DNA from: Pelagerythrobacter marensis
GTDB lineage: Bacteria > Pseudomonadota > Alphaproteobacteria > Sphingomonadales > Sphingomonadaceae
Length of the DNA stretch: 32,000 bases
Direction: 5' to 3'
NCBI RefSeq assembly: GCF_001028625.1
Contig: NZ_CP011805.1
Coordinates: forward strand, 792,498 to 824,497
Shown here: positions 16,831-26,079 of the stretch, piece by piece
How positions within the stretch are numbered: position 1 is the stretch's first letter
How the letters are laid out: the number at the start of each line of letters is the position of its first letter
Program-made: the position numbers and the translations under genes
Notes under the pieces: model-generated
What the model saw: the letters and a program-made list of their open reading frames with translations, nothing else
Told to the model about the DNA's origin: nothing
The model's database searches: none

Positions 16831-16846
16831 TTTCCCCGGTCAGCCG

Positions 16847-17833
16847 CTACCCGGCGGCGAGCGTTTCAGCGAACCGCTGCGGATCGCAATTGCCGCCCGT
16901 CAGCACCACCACGGTGCCATCGTCGACCGGCACTTTGCCGGCCAGAACCGCTGCCAGCGCCGCCGCGCCGCCCGGTTCGACCACCAGGCGCAGGCGCGCG
17001 AAGGCAAAGCGTTGAGCGGCGCGCACTTCCTCGTCGCTCACTGCCACGCCCGGCTCGCTGCGTCCGTTCAACACCGAAAGGTTGATCGGCGCCGTCGCCG
17101 TAGGCTGCAGGGCATCGCAGATCGTTTTCGGGGCATCCTCCCCGGCGCGCACGATCCTACCCGCAACAAGGCTGCGCCCGACCATGTCCCACCCTTCGGG
17201 CTCGACCGGGTGAATCCGCGACTGCGGGCAGGCGAGCGCCAGCCCCGCGCTCAGGCCGCCGCCGCCGCAGGGCGCGACAATGCGTGACGGTGCGCGCCCG
17301 AGCTGTTCTGCAATCTCGATCCCCGCGCTGCCTTGCCCTTCGATCACCCACGGATCGGCAAAGGCATGGACCAGAACCGCGCCGCGCCGCTCCACCTCGC
17401 GCGCGGCAACGGCGTCGCGATCTTCACCCGGCCTTTCGTAGAGTACGATCTCCGCGCCCAGCGCGCGGGTGGCGTCCAGCTTCACCTGCGGCGCGTCGCG
17501 CGGCATCACGATCGTTGCGGCGATACCCAGCCGCCGCGCGGCCCAGGCCACGCCCTGGGCGTGGTTGCCGCTCGACACCGCGACGACACCGCGGGCCCGG
17601 TCGCTTTCATCCAGCGCGCTGAGGCGATGCCATGCGCCCCGGATCTTGAAGGCGCCGACCGGCTGCAGCATCTCCGCCTTGGCCCAGATGCGCGTGCCCG
17701 AAACCTCGACCGGCAGCAGAGGGGTCGGGGGAAGGATCGCGGCAACAGCCTCCGCCGCGCGCAGAACCCCTTCGCGAGTTGGCGCATGATCCGGGCTGCG
17801 ATTCGGGTCGGAGGCAGGGGGCTGGGCGTTCAC
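16847..17833 (-). CDS. PLP-dependent threonine/serine dehydratase family enzyme (tryptophan-synthase beta fold)
   Basis: 328 aa. PLP-lysine motif GAFKIRGAWH, SSGNHAQGVAWAA, glycine-rich loop APCGGGGLSAG. Confidence 0.8.
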   Translation of the reverse strand: MNAQPPASDPNRSPDHAPTREGVLRAAEAVAAILPPTPLLPVEVSGTRIWAKAEMLQPVGAFKIRGAWHRLSALDESDRARGVVAVSSGNHAQGVAWAARRLGIAATIVMPRDAPQVKLDATRALGAEIVLYERPGEDRDAVAAREVERRGAVLVHAFADPWVIEGQGSAGIEIAEQLGRAPSRIVAPCGGGGLSAGLALACPQSRIHPVEPEGWDMVGRSLVAGRIVRAGEDAPKTICDALQPTATAPINLSVLNGRSEPGVAVSDEEVRAAQRFAFARLRLVVEPGGAAALAAVLAGKVPVDDGTVVVLTGGNCDPQRFAETLAAG

Positions 17834-18113
17834 TGGACAGGTATCCTCGCACGAGACATGGACCGCATGTTACACAGTCCTGGAGAAGAAAAATCGGCCG
17901 CCGTGCAGGCCCGAAAATTCGCACCGAATTGAAGAGGGCTGCGATGGCGGGCATGGCGGCGGGGGCAGGGCATGGCCCCTGCAATGCCGAACGATGCGCG
18001 TGTAGGAAACCGTTTTTCGGATCGTATTGCGATGGCGGTGCATTTCCCTATGTGAGCGGGCATTATCCATGAGCCGGCGTGAAGGTTCATCAGAAACAAG
18101 GGTTGGAGCAGCT

Positions 18114-19325
18114 ATGTCGAAAGTGCTGGTAATCGGGGCAGGCGGGGTCAGTTCGGTCTGCGTTCACAAGATGGCGATGAATCCCGACATCTTCAGCCAG
18201 ATCCATCTCGCCAGCCGCACGAAGTCCAAGTGCGATGCGATCGCCGAATCGGTCCGGCAACGCACGGGCCAGGAAGTCGCGACTTACGAAATCGACGCGG
18301 AAGAGGTGCCCGCGATGGTCAACCTGATCCGCAAGCTCGGGCCGAGCCTGGTCGTCAATCTTGCCCTGCCGTATCAGGATCTGCCGATCATGGATGCCTG
18401 CCTGGAAGCGGGTGTCGATTATCTCGACACCGCGAATTACGAACCGAAGGACGAGGCGAAGTTCGAATACAAGTGGCAGTGGGCCTATCACGACCGGTTC
18501 AGGGAAGCCGGCATCCTGGCCCTGCTGGGGAGCGGTTTCGATCCCGGCGTGACCAGCGTGTTCACGATGTGGCTGAAGAAACACAAGCTGAAGACGATCC
18601 GCCAGCTCGACATTCTCGACTGCAACGGCGGCGATCACGGCCAGCATTTCGCCACCAACTTCAATCCCGAAATCAACATCCGCGAAGTGACCGCCCCGGC
18701 CCGCCACTGGGAAAACGGCAAGTGGGTCGAAAGCCCGGCAATGGGCGAGAAGGTGGAATTCCAGTTCGAGGGCGTCGGCTCCAAGAACATGTACATGATG
18801 TATCACGAGGAGCTGGAGAGCCTGGCGAAGTTCAATCCCGAGCTTGAACGCGCGCGGTTCTGGATGACCTTCGGCGACGAATATATCAAACACCTGACCG
18901 TGCTGCAGAACGTGGGCATGACGCGGATCGACCCGGTCAAGTATCAGGGGCGCGATATCATCCCGCTGCAGTTTCTCGCCGCCGTGCTGCCCCAGCCCGA
19001 AACCCTGGGCGAAACGACCAAGGGCAAGACCAACATCGGCGTGATCGCGACTGGCGAAGCGCTCGATGGTTCGGGCGAAAAGACGTTCTACATCAACAAT
19101 ATCTGCGACCACGAGGACGCTTACGAAGAAACCGGCAACCAGGCCGTCAGCTATACCACCGGCGTCCCCGCAATGGTCGGTTCCGCAATGGTGCTGCAGC
19201 GCAAGTGGGCCGGCGACGGCGTGTTCAACATGGAAGAATTCGACCCCGATCCCTTCCTGGAAATGCTGGGCGAACAGGGCCTGCCGTGGAACGTGAAGGA
19301 ACTCGACGGACCGGTGGACTTCTGA
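18114..19325 (+). CDS. Carboxy(nor)spermidine dehydrogenase/synthase (saccharopine dehydrogenase family)
   Basis: 403 aa from the ATG at 18114 (GGAG 6-9 nt upstream). NAD(P) motif VLVIGAGGVSSV. Adjacent to nspC. The listed start at 18027 is an upstream extension. Confidence 0.8.
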   Translation: MSKVLVIGAGGVSSVCVHKMAMNPDIFSQIHLASRTKSKCDAIAESVRQRTGQEVATYEIDAEEVPAMVNLIRKLGPSLVVNLALPYQDLPIMDACLEAGVDYLDTANYEPKDEAKFEYKWQWAYHDRFREAGILALLGSGFDPGVTSVFTMWLKKHKLKTIRQLDILDCNGGDHGQHFATNFNPEINIREVTAPARHWENGKWVESPAMGEKVEFQFEGVGSKNMYMMYHEELESLAKFNPELERARFWMTFGDEYIKHLTVLQNVGMTRIDPVKYQGRDIIPLQFLAAVLPQPETLGETTKGKTNIGVIATGEALDGSGEKTFYINNICDHEDAYEETGNQAVSYTTGVPAMVGSAMVLQRKWAGDGVFNMEEFDPDPFLEMLGEQGLPWNVKELDGPVDF

Positions 19326-19444
19326 ACGCATTCGTTTCGCCTGGAGAGTTGACGGGGCGGCACCTACGCTTGGCAAACGCCACGTCTCAACGGTGGACGA
19401 AGCGTCCACTCTACGCACCAGCGCGAACCTGATAAGGCTTGAAC

Positions 19445-20623
19445 ATGGAAACCAGAGCCGGCGACCCGGGGGCATTTGCCCATTTTGATCTCAATCGTGT
19501 CGACAGCCCGGCGTTCGTGGTCGATACGGCCCGCCTGCGTGCGAACCTGCAGGTTCTGGCCGACATTCGCGACGCTGCGGACATCAAGGTGCTCGCGGCG
19601 CTCAAGGCGTTTTCGATGTGGTCGGTTGCCCCCATCGTGGGCGAGTATCTCGACGGGGTCTGTACGTCGGGCCTGTGGGAAGCGCGCCTCGCCAGCGAAT
19701 TCTATGACGGCGAAATCGCGACCTATTCGGCCGCTTACAAGCCGGACGAACTGGAAGAGATCTGCCGGCTTTCCGATCATGTGATCTTCAACACGCCAGG
19801 CCAGATGGAACGGGCGGCATTGATCCTCGACCATGCGAGGGCCGGGGGGCAGGGATTCGATGTCGGTCTGCGCATCAATCCGCAGGTCCCGACCGGGGAA
19901 GTGCCGCGTTATGACCCGTCCTCTCCCGGCTCGCGGCTCGGTTTTCCGATCGACCAGTTGACGCCGGAGATCATGGACCGGGTCGATGGCATTCATTTCC
20001 ACAACTTGTGCGAACAGGATTTCGAGCCCTTGCGCCAGACGTGGGACAAAGTGTTCGATGCCATCGAACCGTGGTTCGGCCAGCTCAAGTGGATCAACAT
20101 GGGCGGCGGGCACCACATCACCCGCGCCGATTACCAGCGCGACGAACTCATCGAATTCCTGCGCGATGCGCGCGAGGATACGGGGGCGGAAATCTTTCTG
20201 GAACCGGGTGAGGCGGTGGCGCTCGACGCCGGCATCCTGGTCGGAACGATCCTCGATTCGCACTGGAACGGAATGCCGCTGGCGACACTCGACGTTTCGG
20301 CGACGTGCCACATGCCCGACGTCATCGAGGCCCCCTATCGCCCCGCGCTGATGGGCGAGAATGCGGGGAGTGGAGGGGAGGCCATCCGCCTCGGCGGGCC
20401 GTCCTGTCTCGCCGGTGACGTTATCGGCGACTACCATTTGCCCGTACCGTGCGAGCCGGGCCAGCGAATCGCCTTTCTCGACCAGGCGCATTATTCGATG
20501 GTGAAGACGAACACTTTCAACGGGGTGCAGTTGCCGTCGATCTGGCTTTGGGACAGCGAGAGCGATGCGCTCGAACAGGTGAAGAGCTTCGGTTACGAGG
20601 ATTTTCGCGATCGGCTCAGCTAG
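19445..20623 (+). CDS. nspC: Carboxy(nor)spermidine decarboxylase
   Basis: PLP-dependent group IV decarboxylase features: LAALKAFSMW (PLP Lys), NMGGGHHITR, LEPGEAV, GGPSCLAGD. The ATG at 19445 is preferred over the TTG at 19439 listed in the track. Confidence 0.85.
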   Translation: METRAGDPGAFAHFDLNRVDSPAFVVDTARLRANLQVLADIRDAADIKVLAALKAFSMWSVAPIVGEYLDGVCTSGLWEARLASEFYDGEIATYSAAYKPDELEEICRLSDHVIFNTPGQMERAALILDHARAGGQGFDVGLRINPQVPTGEVPRYDPSSPGSRLGFPIDQLTPEIMDRVDGIHFHNLCEQDFEPLRQTWDKVFDAIEPWFGQLKWINMGGGHHITRADYQRDELIEFLRDAREDTGAEIFLEPGEAVALDAGILVGTILDSHWNGMPLATLDVSATCHMPDVIEAPYRPALMGENAGSGGEAIRLGGPSCLAGDVIGDYHLPVPCEPGQRIAFLDQAHYSMVKTNTFNGVQLPSIWLWDSESDALEQVKSFGYEDFRDRLS

Positions 20624-20677
20624 AGAACGGCGACCTGTCGCGATGGGATGATTGTTTGGGGAAACGGGGGGAATTCA

Positions 20678-21184
20678 ATGCGTAATCTGTTCAAGCTGGC
20701 CACTGCCGCCGCGTTCGCCGCTGGCGGCCTGTCCCTTGCAGCGCCGGCATCGGCGCAAACATATTCGGCCGGGCGGGTGATCGAGGCGGTGACCACCAGC
20801 GATCTCAAGGCGATCGTCACCTCGCTCGATCATGAGGTGGTGGCAGAAGGTGATTACGGAAACGTCAGCATATCGGCGCGGTCCGACACCGGCACCAACT
20901 ATCTCGTGATCGGCACGGCCTGCAATGTCGGTGATGTGGCCGGGTGCCAGGGCGTCATGCTGCAGGTCCGCTTCGACGCCGATCCCGATATCACCACGGA
21001 TGCGCTGATTCAGGCCAATCTGACGCAGGCGGCCGTCAACACCTGGCGCGACCCGAGCGGAACGATCGGCGTCACGCGCTACGTCGTGCTCGACCACGGG
21101 GTCACGATGGCGAACTTGCGCGAAAACGTGCTGGTTCTCCTCAGCCTGACGCCCAGCGTCGTGCAAACCCTGCTGGGCGAATAG
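20678..21184 (+). CDS. Secreted hypothetical protein (possible YbjN-like fold)
   Basis: 168 aa from the ATG at 20678. Signal peptide MRNLFKLATAAAFAAGGLSLAAPASA-Q. Two Cys in GTACNVGDVAGCQG. The YbjN-like resemblance is from memory only. Confidence 0.55.
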   Translation: MRNLFKLATAAAFAAGGLSLAAPASAQTYSAGRVIEAVTTSDLKAIVTSLDHEVVAEGDYGNVSISARSDTGTNYLVIGTACNVGDVAGCQGVMLQVRFDADPDITTDALIQANLTQAAVNTWRDPSGTIGVTRYVVLDHGVTMANLRENVLVLLSLTPSVVQTLLGE

Positions 21185-21256
21185 AGAACGTCGGTCGCGC
21201 GGGGCGGGGCGCTCCAACCGTCCCGTCGCGCGCCCGCTTCGTCCGACCGGGACTTG

Positions 21257-21277
21257 CGCCTGAAAGGGCGAGTTTTC
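21257..21277 (+). terminator. Intrinsic-terminator-like hairpin after the secreted-protein gene
   Basis: CGCCT-GAAA-GGGCG (5-bp stem including one G-U pair, GAAA tetraloop) followed by AGTTTTC. Confidence 0.35.
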
Positions 21278-21385
21278 ACTTGCGGTTCACGCTGCGAGGC
21301 TTATAGGCGCACCCCGCTGCCCCAAGGGGACTTCCTGACCGTAAGGCAGCCTCGTTAGAACTTAACCGTTTGGGGGTCCCTTGAG

Positions 21386-22588
21386 TTGCACATTCATCCT
21401 GACGCCCGGTCTGTAGTTCGCGCAATTGCGCCGGACGAACCGGTTATCCTCAATCGCCCGCACGCAGCGGAGCGCGCCGCGCGTTTCTTCGTCGAGAAGT
21501 TTCCGGGCAAATCGCTCTATGCGGTGAAGGCCAATCCGTCGCCCGACCTGCTCCAGGTCCTGTGGGCAGGCGGGGTGACGCATTACGACGTCGCCTCGAT
21601 CGCCGAGGTGCGTCTGGTGCGTTCGGCGCTGCCGCAGGCGACCTTGTGCTTCATGCACCCGGTCAAGACGCCCCGCGCCATTCGGGAAGCCTATTTCGAA
21701 CACGGCGTGAAGACGTTCAGCCTCGACACGATGGAGGAGCTGGAGAAGATCGTCGCCGCCTGCACGAACGACGCGGGCGAGCCGGCGAAGGATCTGCGCC
21801 TTCTGGTGCGGCTGCGCGTCAGCTCGGATTATTCGGAACTCAGCCTGGCGTCGAAGTTCGGCGTCGATCTGGCCGATGCCGCGCCGCTGCTCCAGGCGAC
21901 CCGTCAGCATAGCGACTGGCTGGGCCTGTGCTTCCATGTCGGGAGCCAGGCGATGACGCCGTTTGCCTATGTCCAGGCGCTGGAGCGGGTTCGCGTGGCC
22001 GTGGCCGAGGCAAGCGTGGTGATCGACGTGGTCGACGTGGGCGGCGGGTTCCCGTCGCTCTATCCCGACATGGAGCCGCCGCCGCTGGAGGACTATTTCG
22101 AAGTCATCCACCGTCATTTCGAAAACCTACCGATCGCCTATAACGCCGATCTGTGGTGCGAGCCCGGCCGTGCGCTGTGCGCCGAGTATTCCTCGGTCCT
22201 CGTGCGGGTGGAGAAGCGCCGCGGGGATGAGCTTTACATCAACGATGGCGCCTATGGCGCGCTGTTCGATGCGGCGCATGTCGACTGGCGGTTTCCCGTC
22301 GCCGCGTTGGCGGAGGATCTGCGCGATCCGGTGCAGGATTTCGCGTTCTACGGGCCGACCTGCGACGATGCCGATTACATGAAGGGGCCGTTCGTGCTTC
22401 CCGGCGACATCCAGGCGGGCGACTATATCGAAATCGGCATGATCGGCGCCTATGGCGCGGCGATGAAGACCGGTTTCAACGGCTTCGGCAATGCCGAGCA
22501 GATCGTCGTGTCGGACGAGCCGATGGCCAGCCTCTATCGCGGCGACCGGGTTATTCCGACCACGGACAATGTGGTCAGCCTGCGCTGA
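21386..22588 (+). CDS. Ornithine (or lysine/ornithine) decarboxylase, alanine-racemase-fold PLP enzyme
   Basis: 400 aa. YAVKANP (PLP Lys), HVGSQ, GGGFPS, CEPGRAL, GPTCDDADY. The TTG at 21386 is the only canonical start between the in-frame stop at 21356 and the conserved core. GGGGG lies 9 nt upstream. Confidence 0.85.
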   Translation: MHIHPDARSVVRAIAPDEPVILNRPHAAERAARFFVEKFPGKSLYAVKANPSPDLLQVLWAGGVTHYDVASIAEVRLVRSALPQATLCFMHPVKTPRAIREAYFEHGVKTFSLDTMEELEKIVAACTNDAGEPAKDLRLLVRLRVSSDYSELSLASKFGVDLADAAPLLQATRQHSDWLGLCFHVGSQAMTPFAYVQALERVRVAVAEASVVIDVVDVGGGFPSLYPDMEPPPLEDYFEVIHRHFENLPIAYNADLWCEPGRALCAEYSSVLVRVEKRRGDELYINDGAYGALFDAAHVDWRFPVAALAEDLRDPVQDFAFYGPTCDDADYMKGPFVLPGDIQAGDYIEIGMIGAYGAAMKTGFNGFGNAEQIVVSDEPMASLYRGDRVIPTTDNVVSLR

Positions 22589-22599
22589 TGCAACCGCGC

Positions 22600-22624
22600 G
22601 GCGGGGGCGTGCGTCGTCCCCGCC
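22600..22624. terminator. GC-rich hairpin between the convergent decarboxylase gene and phoB
   Basis: GGCGGGGGCG-tgcgt-CGTCCCCGCC, about a 10-bp stem with one G-U pair, lying between the stops at 22588 and 22637. No clear U-run. Confidence 0.4.
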
Positions 22625-22636
22625 TCTCAAGCCCTC

Positions 22637-23326
22637 TCAGACCGCTTCGAAGGCGTATCCGGCCGAACGGACGGTGCGGATGGGGTCGGGCGCGTTCGGC
22701 AGCTCCAGCGCCTTGCGCAGCCGCCTGATGTGCACATCGACCGTGCGTAGCTCGATATCGCTGCCGGTGCCCCACACGCCGTCGAGCAACTGGTTGCGGC
22801 TGAAGACCCGCCCCGGGCTTTCCATGAAGAATTTCAGCAGCCGGTACTCGGTCGGGCCCATTTGCAGGTTCTGACCGCGCCGGAGGACCTTGTGTGCCAC
22901 CGGGTCGAGCTTGATATCGCCGACTTCGATCGTCTCGCCGGCAAGGGCAGGGCGGATACGGCGCAGGACGGCGGCGACGCGGGCCAGCAGTTCGCGCGGC
23001 GAAAACGGCTTGGTCACATAGTCGTCCGCCCCGGTTTCCAGCCCGCGGATGCGATCGTCCTCCGCCTCGCGCGCGGTCAGCATGATGATCGGGACGTGGG
23101 CAGTGGCCTTGTCGCGGCGCAGGCGGCGACAGACCTCGATCCCGCTGGTGCCTTCGATCATCCAGTCCAGGATGACGAGATCGGGCACTTCCTCCGCGGC
23201 GAGCACCAGTGCCTCGTCCCCGTCGGCGGTCGCGCGCACGCGATAGCCTTCGTTGGAGAAGCGATACTCGAGCAGTTCCGAGAGCGCGGGGTCGTCTTCG
23301 ACGAGGAGCAGGGTTGCGGTGGTCAT
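22637..23326 (-). CDS. phoB: Phosphate regulon response regulator PhoB (OmpR family)
   Basis: 229 aa. Receiver domain LLVEDDPAL and DLVILDWM, winged-helix C-terminus VWGTGSDIELRTVDVHIRRLRK. Located after phoU. Confidence 0.9.
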   Translation of the reverse strand: MTTATLLLVEDDPALSELLEYRFSNEGYRVRATADGDEALVLAAEEVPDLVILDWMIEGTSGIEVCRRLRRDKATAHVPIIMLTAREAEDDRIRGLETGADDYVTKPFSPRELLARVAAVLRRIRPALAGETIEVGDIKLDPVAHKVLRRGQNLQMGPTEYRLLKFFMESPGRVFSRNQLLDGVWGTGSDIELRTVDVHIRRLRKALELPNAPDPIRTVRSAGYAFEAV

Positions 23327-23372
23327 GACGAATTCAAGACACCGCCATTATTTCACTTTGACGACAAGGATG

Positions 23373-24044
23373 TCATAAATCGTCGTCCACCGGATAGGTT
23401 CCGGTGGCGGCGAAGTGCACCATTTCGGCCACGTTGGTCGCATGGTCGCCGATCCGTTCGATATTGCGGGCCACGAACAGCAGCTGCGCCGCGGTGGAAA
23501 TGGTCGAGGGGTTTTCGACCATGTGGCTGACAAGATTGCGGAAAATCGAATTGTAGAAGTTATCGACCTTGCGATCCGCCGCGATCACTTCGCGGGCGAG
23601 CGCGGCGTCGCGCGCGCCATATGCGGTCAGCACGTCGTGAACCATTTCTGCGGCAAGTTCGCCCATCGCTGGCAAGAGCGTCAGCGGTTCGAACCGCTTG
23701 CGGTCGGCAATCTCGCGGCTCGCCTTGGCAATGGCCTTGGAATAGTCACCGATTCGCTCGACCACGCCGGCAATCTTGAGTGCGGCAATCACTTCGCGCA
23801 GGTCGTCCGCCATCGGGGCGCGCAGGGCGATCACCCGAACGGCAAGCTTGTCGACTTCCGATTCGAGCGCGTCGATCTTCTTGTCACCTTCGATGATCTT
23901 CTTCGCCAGGGCATCGTCACCCTTCACGAGGGCATCCATGGCGTTCTGCACCGCGACTTCGGCCAGCCCGCCCATTTCGGCGATCAGCCCGCGCAGGCGG
24001 GTGATGTCCTCGTCGAACGCCTTGACTGTATGCTCGGTCATCAA
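23373..24044 (-). CDS. phoU: Phosphate signalling complex protein PhoU
   Basis: 223 aa. Duplicated PhoU repeats ([11 protein letters not shown] and [12 protein letters not shown]). The start overlaps the pstB stop by 4 nt. Confidence 0.9.
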   Translation of the reverse strand: MMTEHTVKAFDEDITRLRGLIAEMGGLAEVAVQNAMDALVKGDDALAKKIIEGDKKIDALESEVDKLAVRVIALRAPMADDLREVIAALKIAGVVERIGDYSKAIAKASREIADRKRFEPLTLLPAMGELAAEMVHDVLTAYGARDAALAREVIAADRKVDNFYNSIFRNLVSHMVENPSTISTAAQLLFVARNIERIGDHATNVAEMVHFAATGTYPVDDDL

Positions 24045-24832
24045 CCGTACCTGCCCGTAATATAGTCTTTCGTCCGCTCTTCGAGCGGATTGGTGAATAT
24101 GTCAGATGTACGGCCGTATTCCACCATGTTTCCGAGGTGGAAGAAGGCCGTGCGCTGCGACACGCGGGCCGCCTGTTGCATCGAGTGCGTGACGATGACG
24201 ATGGCGTAGCGGCCATTCAGTTCGTCGATCAGTTCCTCGATCTTGGCGGTCGCGATCGGATCGAGCGCGGAGCAGGGTTCGTCCATCAGGATGACTTCGG
24301 GATCGACCGCAATCGCGCGGGCAATGCACAGCCGCTGCTGCTGCCCGCCGGAAAGCGCCGTTCCGCTGTCTTCCAGCCTGTCCTTCACCTCGTTCCACAA
24401 CCCGGCCCGTTGAAGAGAAGTCTCGACGATGGCATCGAGTTCCTGCTTTCCTTCGGCCAGGCCGTGAATACGCGGGCCATAGGCGATGTTTTCGTAAATC
24501 GACTTGGGGAACGGGTTGGGTTTCTGGAACACCATCCCAACCCGCGCGCGCAGTTGCACGACATCCATCTTCGAACGGTAGATGTCATCGCCGTCGAGCA
24601 GGATCTCCCCTTCGACCCGGGCCGAGGGGATCGTATCGTTCATGCGGTTAAGCGTGCGCAGGAATGTGGATTTGCCGCAGCCCGATGGGCCGATGAAGGC
24701 CGTAACGTACTTGGTCGGAATATCGATCGAGACGTTGTCGATCGCCTGCTTGTCGCCATAGAACACGGAAACGTCCCGCGCGCTCATCTTGGCTTCGGTG
24801 TCTTCCAGATTGGGATGGACTACGGTCACCAC
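24041..24832 (-). CDS. pstB: Phosphate ABC transporter ATP-binding protein
   Basis: 263 aa. Walker [10 protein letters not shown], signature LSGGQQQRL, Walker [13 protein letters not shown]. Confidence 0.95.
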   Translation of the reverse strand: MVTVVHPNLEDTEAKMSARDVSVFYGDKQAIDNVSIDIPTKYVTAFIGPSGCGKSTFLRTLNRMNDTIPSARVEGEILLDGDDIYRSKMDVVQLRARVGMVFQKPNPFPKSIYENIAYGPRIHGLAEGKQELDAIVETSLQRAGLWNEVKDRLEDSGTALSGGQQQRLCIARAIAVDPEVILMDEPCSALDPIATAKIEELIDELNGRYAIVIVTHSMQQAARVSQRTAFFHLGNMVEYGRTSDIFTNPLEERTKDYITGRYG

Positions 24833-26079
24833 TTTTTCTCAAATTTGTTGCGCAGGTAAATGGCCAGCCCGTTCATTACGAGCAGGAAGAGCAGGAGTAC
24901 GATAATCGCCGCAGATGTCCGTTCCACGAAACCCCGGTCGATTTCGTCCGACCATAGGAAAATCTGAACGGGAAGGACAGTCGCAGGCGAAGTAAACCCA
25001 TCGGGCGCACTGGCGACGAAGGCGCGCATCCCGATCATCAGCAGCGGCGCGGTTTCGCCGAGGGCGCGGGCCATGCCGATAATCGTGCCGGTCAGGATGC
25101 CGGGCAGGGCGAGCGGCAGGACATGATGGAACACGACCTGCACCGGGGATGCGCCGATGGCCAGCGCGCCGTCGCGGATCGACGGCGGCACGGCCTTGAT
25201 CGCATTGCGGCCGGAAATGACGATCACCGGCATCGTCATCAGCGCCAGCGTCATGCCGCCGATCAGCGGGGCCGAACGCATCGAGGGGAATATCCACAGA
25301 AACACGGCCAGGCCGAGAAGCCCGAAGATGATTGAGGGGACGGCAGCCAGATTGTTGATCGACACTTCGATCAGGTCGGTCCACCGATTCTTGGGCGCGT
25401 ATTCTTCGAGGTAGAGCGCCGCGAGAACGCCGATGGGGAAGGCGAGGACGAGGGTGACGATCATGGTCAGGATCGAGCCCTTGAGCGCGCCCCAGATGCC
25501 GACCTGCTGCGGATCTGTGGCATCCGCGCGGGTCAGGAAGCCGACATCGAACCCGGTGCCGAGCTGCCCTTCCGCCTGGAGCTGCTGCGCGAGCGTTTCC
25601 ATCTCCGGCGATCCGTCGCCGTTCAGCGCGGCCGCCAGATTGGCGCTGGCAGGAAGATCGAAGACCACGCTGCGATCCAGCAGGGCAGGATCGGCGACGA
25701 TCGCTGCCCCCACTTCGCGCCAGGCGCCATTGCCCAGTTCCGCCGCGCCTTCGGTGCCCAGTTCCCGCTCTGCGAAGAACTGCACGACCGATGGCAGGCC
25801 TGTTTCGAGATTCTGCAAGCCGCCCGGCTGCGACAGGACGGCGGGGTCCCCGGCAATTCCGGCTTCGGTGAAATCGATGGGTACGGTCAGCTCGGCCCGC
25901 TGGAAGCCGCCGATCCCATTGATGGTCATCGTGCCGAGCAGAAACGCGAGCACGATGATGGAAAACGCAATCGCGCCGATACCCGCCAGGCGGAAGCGTC
26001 GTTCCGCGGCGTAGCGCTTCTTCAGCCGCGCTTCGAAAGCTTCGGTCCGAGTGGGAAGACGCTCACTCATAAGCTTCAC
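24826..26079 (-). CDS. pstA: Phosphate ABC transporter permease PstA
   Basis: 417 aa. Multi-TM with a large N-terminal periplasmic loop. Permease signature [14 protein letters not shown]. Confidence 0.9.
   Translation of the reverse strand: MKLMSERLPTRTEAFEARLKKRYAAERRFRLAGIGAIAFSIIVLAFLLGTMTINGIGGFQRAELTVPIDFTEAGIAGDPAVLSQPGGLQNLETGLPSVVQFFAERELGTEGAAELGNGAWREVGAAIVADPALLDRSVVFDLPASANLAAALNGDGSPEMETLAQQLQAEGQLGTGFDVGFLTRADATDPQQVGIWGALKGSILTMIVTLVLAFPIGVLAALYLEEYAPKNRWTDLIEVSINNLAAVPSIIFGLLGLAVFLWIFPSMRSAPLIGGMTLALMTMPVIVISGRNAIKAVPPSIRDGALAIGASPVQVVFHHVLPLALPGILTGTIIGMARALGETAPLLMIGMRAFVASAPDGFTSPATVLPVQIFLWSDEIDRGFVERTSAAIIVLLLFLLVMNGLAIYLRNKFEKKW

Noticed and set aside
18090-19475. 461-aa minus-strand ORF antisense to the carboxy(nor)spermidine dehydrogenase gene; similar cases at 9445-10536, 12918-13799, 19364-20491 and 21362-22117
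   Set aside because: Each mirrors a confidently identified gene on the other strand and has low-complexity, Arg/Gly/His-rich translations without motifs.
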